Assembly: GCA_963785725.1 (NCBI GenBank)
Contig: CAWAWS010000026.1
Location: 128,001-192,000 of the forward strand
Length of the DNA stretch: 64,000 bases
Direction of reading: 5' to 3'
Origin: an uncultured delta proteobacterium
Lineage (GTDB): Bacteria > Myxococcota_A > Polyangia > Palsa-1104
This document shows, one piece after another, positions 53,734 through 64,000 of the stretch. A program made the translations under genes and the position numbers. The number at the start of each line of letters is the position of its first letter. Position 1 is the stretch's first letter. The notes beneath the pieces were generated by a model. It did no database searches. It saw nothing but the letters and a program-made list of their open reading frames with translations, and was not told where the DNA came from.

Positions 53734-53756
53734 GGGTGAATCAGGTGTGAATGTAG

Positions 53757-54059
53757 CTACTTGCGGAAGCGCGACAGGTTCGCGGGGAGCGCCGCCAGCT
53801 CGGGGAACGTCTGGTCGGGATGCAGCTTCTTGGCGCGACCCAGCAGCGCTTCTTCGGTCTCGACGTTGTTCGGATCGGGAATGCAGCACTCGACGGGGCA
53901 CACGGCTTGGCAAGCTTCGTAATCGTGGAAGCCGACGCACTCGGTGCACAAGTTCGGATCGATGACGTAGATGTCGTCACCCTCGGAAATGGCCTCGTTC
54001 GGGCATTCCGGCTCGCACGCGCCGCAGTTGATGCATTCCTCGGTGATCATCGTGGCCAT
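53757..54059 (-). CDS. yfhL: YfhL-family 2x[4Fe-4S] ferredoxin
   Basis: CINCGACEPECP and CTECVGF...CQAVCPVECC; GGAGG RBS. Confidence 0.93.
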   Translation of the reverse strand: MATMITEECINCGACEPECPNEAISEGDDIYVIDPNLCTECVGFHDYEACQAVCPVECCIPDPNNVETEEALLGRAKKLHPDQTFPELAALPANLSRFRK

Positions 54060-54086
54060 TTTGCGGTTACGTCCTCCCGGCTGCTG

Positions 54087-54115
54087 TCTATAGGATAGGG
54101 CTGCAACGCCGTCAA
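54087..54115 (-). promoter_or_regulatory. Putative sigma70 promoter of the ferredoxin gene
   Basis: Minus strand TTGACG-N17-TATAGA. Confidence 0.5.
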
Positions 54116-54711
54116 GACAAAGCGGAGACGAGATTTTTCGCTATCGCGTACAGGCCTTGCGCCGCTCGTCGATCGCGCGCCCACGGTAGTCGCGCCGGCA
54201 CGTGCACGAACGCAACCGGCGGCCGCCGCGGCAGATTCGCCGCTTGGCCGAGCGCGTGATAGAGCGCGGCGTTGCAGCAGAACGTGCCGGCGTGTGAGGA
54301 GACGTCGCAGGCCACGCCGGCGGCGATCGCGGCGTTGGCGGCGGTACGCGGGTCGAACGGGACGCGGCGGGCCAATTCGCCGCCGTGCGTGAGCTCCTCG
54401 TCGATGGGGCGGTTGCCGGCGTTGTCTTTGATGCGCGCGTGGGCCACGTTGACGGCCAAGCGCTCGACGAGCAGCTTGCGCGCGCTCGACGACTCTCCGA
54501 CCATCAGGAGCAGCAGCGGATCTTTGGCCAGCAGCTTGGCGACCGCGGCCGGCAGCGGCGCGAACGACGTCGGCAGCTGCGCGATCTCGACGACGGCGCC
54601 GCCGATCTCTTCGCCGGTCAATAAGTGGGCGGCGTCGAGCGAGCGGTTGCGCTTCTTGCCGCCGAAGGGCTCGAAGGCGGCGACGATGACGTGGCGTTTG
54701 CGATGGCTCAT
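54112..54711 (-). CDS. pcp: Pyroglutamyl-peptidase I
   Basis: ATG 54711; FEPFGG...N.S, ERLAVN, AGTFCCNAALY, FVHVP (Glu/Cys/His triad). Confidence 0.9.
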   Translation of the reverse strand: MSHRKRHVIVAAFEPFGGKKRNRSLDAAHLLTGEEIGGAVVEIAQLPTSFAPLPAAVAKLLAKDPLLLLMVGESSSARKLLVERLAVNVAHARIKDNAGNRPIDEELTHGGELARRVPFDPRTAANAAIAAGVACDVSSHAGTFCCNAALYHALGQAANLPRRPPVAFVHVPARLPWARDRRAAQGLYAIAKNLVSALS

Positions 54712-54716
54712 GTTCG

Positions 54717-56428
54717 TCAGGCGACTCGGGCGCGCGGCGACGGGGCCGCGCGTGCAAAGAGGGCGGCGACGTTGTCGGCGGCGAAGGGCACGACGCGCAC
54801 GCCGAGCGCGAGCAGGCGGCGCTCGGCGGCGTGCTCGCGGCGACGCTCGTGCCAGCCGAAGATCTCGGCCGCGCGCGCCGCGGCGCCGGCGTCGGCGCCG
54901 GTCGGCGTCACGATGCGCGCTTGCGGCACGGCGACCAGCAGACGATGGCCGCGCTTGCGAATCAGGCGCAGCGCGCGCGGCACCGGCCCGAGGTCTTCCA
55001 AGCCTTGCAGGTCGGAGATGACGACGATGCGCTGCGAGCCGCGCGCGGCGGCGGCCCGTTCGAGCGCGGCGCCGAGGCCGCGCGCGCGGCGGCCGGCGTC
55101 GGGCGCGCGTCGATAGGGCAGCTCGATGCCGCGCAGCCGACAAAAGGCGCGCAGCGGCGCCAGCTCGCCGCCGGTCGCGGCCGTCGTTTGCGGCGTGACC
55201 TTGGCTCGCGTCAGCGCTGCGGAGACCGCCGGCAGCACGATCTTGAGGTCATACAGGTCGCCCGTCGGTGAGGCGGCCACGTGGCTCCAGGCCGGGTCGT
55301 CGATGGGCGGCGTCTTGCGCAGGCGCGCGTCGAGCCCCTCTTGCAGCAGCAGATAGCGCGCCACGACGGCGACCAGCTCGGAGTCGCTCAGCTCGGTCAG
55401 ATCCTCGTCGACGACGCTCATCGACTCCATCAGCCGCTCGACGATGCGCAGGCGATGCACCGGGCCGTCGTTGGGGCGCGCTTCACCGACGATGCGGCCG
55501 TCGAACGTCAAGAGCGCCACGCGATCGCCGGCTTCGAGCACGCCGCGGGCGTAGGCGGCTGCCACGTCGACGGCCAGGTCGAGCCGCGCCTGGCCGGGAT
55601 GACCTTCGCGCATCGTGCTGGCGACGTCGACGAGCAGCCAATGCGTCACCATCGTCTCGCGATCGAGGTCGCGCACCATCAGCTTGCCGGTGCGCGCGGT
55701 CGCTTTCCAGGCGATGTTCTTGAAGGGATCGCCGGGCGCATGCTCGCGCAGCTCGCGAATATCGCCGCCGAGACCGCGCATGCGCAGCGACTGCGGACCC
55801 ATGCGCTCGTGCGGCGCGCCTGCTTGCGGACGATCGTGCGCCGGCAAGAGGCGCAGCGCGCGCGGCAAGATCTTGACCGCCAGCGGCGACGGGAAATAGG
55901 CCTCGACCGTGCACAGCCCGAGCGCGTCGCGCAGCTCGACGGCGGCGCCGTGCAGGAACCAAAAGCCGGCGCGCTGGGCTTGCACCTCGGCGGTCACCGT
56001 CGCCTCCCAGGCCGCCGGCAGCTCCAGCGCCAGCGACGGCGGCGGGGTGAGCGCGCTCGAGGTGAACGGCCGCAAGAGCGCGCGGCCGAGCGGGCGCGGC
56101 GCGCGATTGCGCAGCGTCACCGTCAGGCGAAACGGGCGGCCGGCGACGAAGCCGGCGGCGCCGTCTTCGCCGCGCTCGACGCGCCAGAGCAGCTCCAAGT
56201 GACGCCGCCAAATCAGCACCGACGTCGGAAAGAAGGCGACGTAGGCGCTGCCGAGCGCGGCCAGCGTCACGACGCCGAGGGCGGCCACGCGCCAAGCGCC
56301 GGCGAGCGCACCGAGCAGCAGCAAGAGCGCGCCGGCCGCGGCCCAGGCGCGACCGCGCGACGTGAGCGACGGCGCTCGACCGCTGTGGCTGCGGCCGGGT
56401 GCACGCTCGCTCGGGCGCGGCGGCGCGC

Positions 56429-56432
<4 letters not shown>
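54717..56432 (-). CDS. DUF58 (MoxR-associated vWA-like) membrane protein
   Basis: RELREHAPGDPFKNIAWKATAR, LVDVASTM, GDRVALLTFD, VVISDL. Confidence 0.9.
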
Positions 56433-57409
<977 letters not shown>

Positions 57410-57410
57410 G

Positions 57411-58679
57411 TCACCCGCTACCTTGCCCCTCTCGCGCCAGCGCGTCAAAGAGCGCCGTCGCCAGTTGATGCAGCCGCTCGAGCTGCCGCCGCGAAACCCA
57501 CTGCTGTGTCCGCGGCGCCGGACCGCGCCAGCCGAGGCGGCCGAACGCTCTCCACAGCTCGGTGGCGCGGCTGCCGGCGAGCTTTCCCGCTTTGCGCGCC
57601 ACGCGGCGGCCGAGCTCGGCCGGCGTCCAGCCCGCCACTTCGAGCACCGGGCTGCCGATGGCCGTCGACACCCGCGTCACGGCTTCGTCGCGCAGCGCCG
57701 CTGCCGGCAACGCCCAACCCCACGGCACCGTCGGCTGCGCGTAGCGGTCGACGAGCGACTGCCAACCGCCGTCGGGCGGCGCCGGCGCTCGCGTCCAGCC
57801 GCCGTCGATGATTTGCCGCTCGGGCCAAGCGCGCGACCACAAGAACAGCGCGATGACGGCCAAGAGCGTGCCCAGAAGGCCGAGGATGCGCCCGTCGGTG
57901 GCGGCGCCGTGAATGGCGTCGTCGATGAGCTGCAGCATGTGGTTGAAGCGCAGCCAGCCGTTGTCGCCTTCGTCGCCGAGATCGCCGGCCGGCTCGCCGC
58001 GCTCGACGAAGCTCTGCGTCACCAAGACGATGCGCTCGCCCGGCTTGCACGTGCGTTTGATGAGCGCGCGCGCAAAGCCCAAGTCTTCGTCGATCTCCAG
58101 CATGTTGTTGATGAAGATGCTGGGATCGGCGATGGCGACGAAGTAGCCGTGGCCGAGCCGCCCTTCGACGACGAGCGCCGCGCCCGGCAAGAACGAATAC
58201 GTCGCCGGCGTCGCCGCCGAAAAGAACGCGGCGTGATTGGCGACCAGCGACGCCGTGCCGTTCGACAGCTCGGTGCTCAGTGTCTGCTTGGCGATCGGCA
58301 GCGCGGCGTTGTCTTGATAGCGCTCGGCGCCGTCGAGGTCGGAGCGCAGCCGGCGAATCTCCAGCGCCGCCAGCGCCGCGTCCGACGCGCCGTAATCGTC
58401 GGCGAGGACGGCGCGCCCGCCGGCTTCGAGGTAGCGGCGCAGCTTGCCGCCGTCGACGGCCGTGCGCGGATAGACGAGCCACACGCTGTCGCGCGCGCCC
58501 AACGCCGACCAATCGAGCGACTCGGTGGGCTCGATGGTGCAGCCGGCGAGGCGGGCTTCGTCGGCCAAGCGCGACAGGCCGTTCCATTCATGCGAGTCGA
58601 GGCGATAGTCGGCATTGCTCGCCGCGGCGGTCGCCGACGCACAGGCGAGGAGAAGCAGCGAGAGCGAAGCGGCCCTCAC
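57411..58679 (-). CDS. DUF4350-like secreted/membrane protein of the MoxR cluster
   Basis: Signal peptide; WNGLSRL, YLEAGGRAVLADD, IADPSIFINNML; one TM helix; directly upstream of the MoxR gene. Confidence 0.75.
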   Translation of the reverse strand: MRAASLSLLLLACASATAAASNADYRLDSHEWNGLSRLADEARLAGCTIEPTESLDWSALGARDSVWLVYPRTAVDGGKLRRYLEAGGRAVLADDYGASDAALAALEIRRLRSDLDGAERYQDNAALPIAKQTLSTELSNGTASLVANHAAFFSAATPATYSFLPGAALVVEGRLGHGYFVAIADPSIFINNMLEIDEDLGFARALIKRTCKPGERIVLVTQSFVERGEPAGDLGDEGDNGWLRFNHMLQLIDDAIHGAATDGRILGLLGTLLAVIALFLWSRAWPERQIIDGGWTRAPAPPDGGWQSLVDRYAQPTVPWGWALPAAALRDEAVTRVSTAIGSPVLEVAGWTPAELGRRVARKAGKLAGSRATELWRAFGRLGWRGPAPRTQQWVSRRQLERLHQLATALFDALAREGQGSG

Positions 58680-59056
58680 ATCTCACCCAAGAGCGTGCGC
58701 GCGCCGCGTTCGAGCTCGCGCCGCGCCGTCGCCAGGTGCGCGTCGCGCTTGGTGGCGAGCACGACGAAGTAGCCTTCGGTCACCGAGCGCACGAGGACGA
58801 TGGCGCGCTCGCCTTCGATCATCAGCTCCTCGACCGCGCCCAAGCCGCGCGCCAACAGGCGGCGATTGGCCTGGCTCCACACGACGCCCCAATGCGCGCC
58901 GACGAGCTGGATGTCGAGCGGCGGAATGTGCGCGAATTGGTCGACGGGCTCGCCTTCCCAGTCGGAGAAGACGGCGCCGACCGCGCCCGGCACGCTGTCG
59001 ACGAGCGACTTCAGGATGTCGCCGAACGTGCTCAAGCGCGCGGGCTCACTCGGCAT
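58676..59056 (-). CDS. Roadblock/LC7 (MglB-like) domain protein
   Basis: FGDILKSLVDSVPGAVGAVFSDWEGEPV...EGYFVVLA...ARRELER; 126 aa. Confidence 0.82.
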   Translation of the reverse strand: MPSEPARLSTFGDILKSLVDSVPGAVGAVFSDWEGEPVDQFAHIPPLDIQLVGAHWGVVWSQANRRLLARGLGAVEELMIEGERAIVLVRSVTEGYFVVLATKRDAHLATARRELERGARTLLGEM

Positions 59057-59976
59057 CGTCTTTGTCTTTTGGCAGCCGCTCGGGATGGAGCTCGACGTGA
59101 TGGCGCGCCATCGCCTCGTCCATGAAGTGACCGAAGGCCAGCTTCTGCACTTCACTCTCGAAGAGGCCGCGGCGCAGCTGATCCTCCACCGCCGCCAGCG
59201 GCGTGTGCACCGCCGGCTTGAACCCGAGCATGTACAGCGCGTGCCAGCCGAACGTCGTCTCGACGACGCAGGTGTCGCCGCGCTTGTGCAGCTTCTCGAA
59301 CGCGCCGTACGAGAACGACTTCTGCGTCCAGCCGTCCTTCTCCGTCAGCAACTCCTCGGCTTTCGGCAGCGGCTGCCCGTTCCAAAAGGTCGTGTCGCCG
59401 AGCTGCATGAACTCGGGCTGCGTCAGCTTCTTCCCTTCGCTCGCCAGCTGCTCGGCCAGCGCCTTGGCTTCCGCTTTGTGCGCTTCGGTCGGCTTCTCAC
59501 CGACGGGAACGAGGATGTGAACGACGTCGATGTAGACGTCGTGATTGAGCTGCGCTTGGTTGCGAATATAGGCGCGGCGCACGCGATCGGCCGGCACGTC
59601 GGCGGGCGTGACGTCGTGCTCGAACGTCGTCTGCAAGTAGCGGCGGGCCAGCGCGCCTTTGGTCGCCAGCCGCACGTCGAGCGCGCGATCGAGCCCGCGC
59701 CGATGGGCTTCGCCGGCCATGGCCTCGGCGTCGATCAGGTCCGACAGCGCCGTCTTGGCGTCGACGCCGCGGGCGCGCGCCTGCTCGGCCACGGCGGCGG
59801 CGTAGATCGGCCGCCCGTCGACCGTCGCGACGACCGCGTCTGTCGGACACGGCCGTGAGCGGCGCGACCGGCGCATCAGCGCCGCCGTTTTCATGCTTGG
59901 TGCAGGCGCACAACGAGAGGACGCAGCTGCATAATAATGTCGTGCGCCGGCTCAGCCGTCGTCTGGGGCGCGGCAT
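59046..59976 (-). CDS. PpiC/parvulin-type peptidyl-prolyl isomerase lipoprotein (frameshift near 59840)
   Basis: Lipoprotein signal (..LSLCAC) from ATG 59976 in one frame; VVATVDGRPI, HILV, VETTFGWH in another. Confidence 0.75.
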
Positions 59977-60164
59977 CAGTCGCGCTCGACCAGCGCCAGC
60001 CGCGCCAGCTCGGCGCCGACATGAATGACCGACACGCCGACGAACAGCAGCAGAATCGCGGCCACGTAATCGCGCTTGCCGAGAAAGTGCACGCACTCGG
60101 CGAAGAAGCCGAGGCTGCCCAAGATCAGCAGCAGCGCCAGGCCCTCGAAGAAGTATTTGCGCAA
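59976..60164 (-). CDS. Small two-TM hypothetical protein
   Basis: 62 aa, two hydrophobic helices, tight coupling to both neighbours. Confidence 0.75.
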   Translation of the reverse strand: MRKYFFEGLALLLILGSLGFFAECVHFLGKRDYVAAILLLFVGVSVIHVGAELARLALVERD

Positions 60165-60165
60165 G

Positions 60166-60951
60166 TCAGTGCGCCCTTTGCCAGACGACGGCGGTCATCG
60201 CCGCCAGCGCCAGCGCGACCGAGAAGTAGAAGCTGGGGCGCGGACGACCGCGACGCGCGTGCCGACGATCGGCCTCCACCGTCGCCAACAGATCGCGATC
60301 GTGCTGCAGGTGAAGCTGTAGTGGCCCGAGGATATAGCCGCGCAACAGGCCGATCCACAAGAGGCCGACACCGACGGTGCAGAAGGCTTGCGCGCGTGCG
60401 GTGTGACGGCCGAACGACGCTGCCAGCGACGACGTGAAGTCGGGCCACAAGTCCACCATCGCCAGCAACGCCGTCGGCATGATGATGCTGAGGGCGACGA
60501 AGCCGCGGTAGACGCGCAGCCGGCGGCGCCAGCGCGACGGCGTCGGATCTTGGACCAGCCGGCGCGTCACCGTCGTCGCCAACGGTTGTGTCGCCGGCAA
60601 TTGCGCCCGCGCGGCGCGATCGAGCCCCAGCGCGACCGCGACGAGGTAGCCGACGAGCGACAGCGCCGTCAGGAACGTCGCCGCCGCCGGCAGCACGCGC
60701 GCCGACAGCTCGGCCGACGCCACCGCCTCCGGCAGCGCGATCACGATCGGGAAGGCGATGAACAGCGCCGTCGTCGAGCGGTGACGCAAGCCGAGCCAGA
60801 GGAGAGCCAGCGGCAAGGGCGCGCCCAAGACGACGATGAGCGGGCTCAGGCCGCCGAGGTTGCCGATTCCGTCGCTCGCCAACGCCAAGCCGAGCGGGAG
60901 CGCCACCGCCACCACCCAGAGGTTGACGCCGAGCGCCAGCGCGAGGCCCAT
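60166..60951 (-). CDS. Multi-pass membrane hypothetical protein
   Basis: About 7 hydrophobic helices; first gene of the minus-strand operon. Confidence 0.75.
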   Translation of the reverse strand: MGLALALGVNLWVVAVALPLGLALASDGIGNLGGLSPLIVVLGAPLPLALLWLGLRHRSTTALFIAFPIVIALPEAVASAELSARVLPAAATFLTALSLVGYLVAVALGLDRAARAQLPATQPLATTVTRRLVQDPTPSRWRRRLRVYRGFVALSIIMPTALLAMVDLWPDFTSSLAASFGRHTARAQAFCTVGVGLLWIGLLRGYILGPLQLHLQHDRDLLATVEADRRHARRGRPRPSFYFSVALALAAMTAVVWQRAH

Positions 60952-61056
60952 GCGGCGCCCACTTTATCACCGGAGCGCCCGACTTTGCATACTTGAGACG
61001 ACGAGGTCGTCCAGTCGTTGACACGACCCGTCGTCACGACCAAGATACGCCGCCGC

Positions 61057-61761
61057 ATGAGCACCCCACCCGCGACGGCGCCGACCGTCATCGCAACGGT
61101 CATCGCGATCGATGGTCCCGCCGGCGCCGGCAAGTCGACGGTGGCGCGAGCGCTCGCTCGTCGCCTCGGCTTCTTCCTGCTCGACACCGGCGCCATCTAT
61201 CGCGCGCTCGCGTTCGACGCCGATCGCGTCGGCATCGACTTCGCCGACGGCGCCGCGCTCGGTCCGCACGCCGCCCAGCTGCCCATCCGCTTTGACGAGG
61301 ACGGTCGCGTCTTTCTCGGCGACGAGGACGTCTCGACCGCCATTCGCACGCCCGCGATGTCGCAGGGCGCCTCGACGGTCTCCGCGCATCCGCTCGTCCG
61401 GCAGGCGCTCTTGGGCCTGCAGCGCCGGCTGGCGGCTCGTGGACGCTGTGTAGTGGAAGGACGCGATATCGGCACGGTCGTCCTGCCGACGGCGCCGCTG
61501 AAGATTTTTCTCACTGCCTCCCCCGAAGTCCGGGCGCGGCGCCGTTACGACGAGCTGACTGCGCGTGGACAAACCGTGGATCTGGCCGCCACGCTTGCGG
61601 AAATCGTCGAACGCGACGATCGCGACACGTCGCGCGCGACGGCGCCGCTCAAGCAGGCCGATGACGCCATCCTGCTCGACACCTCGGAGCTCTCCGAACC
61701 CGAAGTCGTAGACCGGATGGAGGCGCTGGCAAGGGCCCGGTTTGGCCATGAATTGCCTTGA
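61057..61761 (+). CDS. cmk: Cytidylate kinase
   Basis: IAIDGPAGAGKST, LDTGAIYRA, VVEGRDIGTVV, KIFLTASPEVRARRR; upstream of rpsA. Confidence 0.96.
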   Translation: MSTPPATAPTVIATVIAIDGPAGAGKSTVARALARRLGFFLLDTGAIYRALAFDADRVGIDFADGAALGPHAAQLPIRFDEDGRVFLGDEDVSTAIRTPAMSQGASTVSAHPLVRQALLGLQRRLAARGRCVVEGRDIGTVVLPTAPLKIFLTASPEVRARRRYDELTARGQTVDLAATLAEIVERDDRDTSRATAPLKQADDAILLDTSELSEPEVVDRMEALARARFGHELP

Positions 61762-61786
61762 CGACTAGCACTTTGGAGACTAAATT
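61758..61786 (+). promoter_or_regulatory. sigma70 promoter of rpsA
   Basis: TTGACG-N17-TAAATT overlapping the cmk stop codon. Confidence 0.7.
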
Positions 61787-61858
61787 CCGCGGACCTTTTG
61801 CACCCTCGGGGTCAAGAGGAATCCGCCCGCGAGAAGCGAAGGAGCACCGTTAAACCGA

Positions 61859-63589
<1,731 letters not shown>

Positions 63590-63604
63590 CTCACGACCCA
63601 TCCG

Positions 63605-63635
63605 CGGGCTGCGGCGTTCGCGTCGCAGCCCGTTT
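63605..63635 (+). terminator. Hairpin (terminator or attenuator) after rpsA
   Basis: CGGGCTGCGGCG-ttcg-CGTCGCAGCCCG followed by TTT. Confidence 0.65.
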
Positions 63636-63650
63636 GCGGAGCCCAAATAA

Positions 63651-64000
63651 GTGGAGAAGCGATCCGCGCTCTACGCACTATTGGTGTTCGGATCGCTTCT
63701 CGGTTTGTGCTTCGTCTTCCTGTTGTTTCTCTTCGCCGCTCTCGCAGACAAAGATGACACCGGCTGGGGCGATGGCTCCGGTCCGCACATCGCCGTCGTC
63801 GAGCTGACCGGCGAAATCAAAGACTCGCGCGAGATCCTGGGCCAGCTGCACGAGCTGCGGAAGGACGACAGCGTCAAGGCGATCGTCGTGCGCATCGACT
63901 CGCCCGGCGGCTCGGTGGCGCCGTCGCAGGAGATCTTCGCCGCGATTCAGCGCGCCAAGAAGGACAAGAAGATCGTCTGCTCGATGGGCAACTTGGCGGC
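63651..64000 (+). CDS. sppA: Signal peptide peptidase SppA, N-terminal part (continues beyond window end)
   Basis: Manual translation from GTG 63651: TM helix, [36 protein letters not shown]. Confidence 0.92.
   Translation, partial: MEKRSALYALLVFGSLLGLCFVFLLFLFAALADKDDTGWGDGSGPHIAVVELTGEIKDSREILGQLHELRKDDSVKAIVVRIDSPGGSVAPSQEIFAAIQRAKKDKKIVCSMGNLA

Overview
High-GC (roughly 70% by eye) bacterial chromosomal window with Myxococcota hallmarks: Glt/Nfs-like envelope genes, myxobacterial outer-membrane barrels, three sigma54 enhancer-binding proteins (EBPs) and Ser/Thr kinase-ATPase-TPR fusions. Housekeeping genes are metG, ricT/yaaT, holB, cca, ftsY, smc, cmk, rpsA and sppA. I saw no rRNA, tRNA, CRISPR array or mobile element. 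Several genes, including the essential rpsA, carry frameshifts that are best read as assembly indels. The main candidates for undescribed biology are: (1) an unannotated sigma54-driven hairpin sRNA with a C-rich loop, placed directly behind an NtrC-type activator and two palindromic enhancer sites (16.8-17.0 kb); (2) two paralogous membrane histidine kinases with reciprocal defects, one lacking the phospho-His and the other with a degenerate ATP lid, flanking a degenerate GGDEF protein with an intact I-site (32.2-37.5 kb); (3) a nitroreductase-fold / atypical receiver / histidine kinase fusion; (4) a contiguous Glt/Nfs-like operon with an extra gene and a local drop in GC; (5) a DUF3570/DUF4266 operon led by a CX4CH lipoprotein. 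All family assignments come from motif recognition by eye, not database searches.
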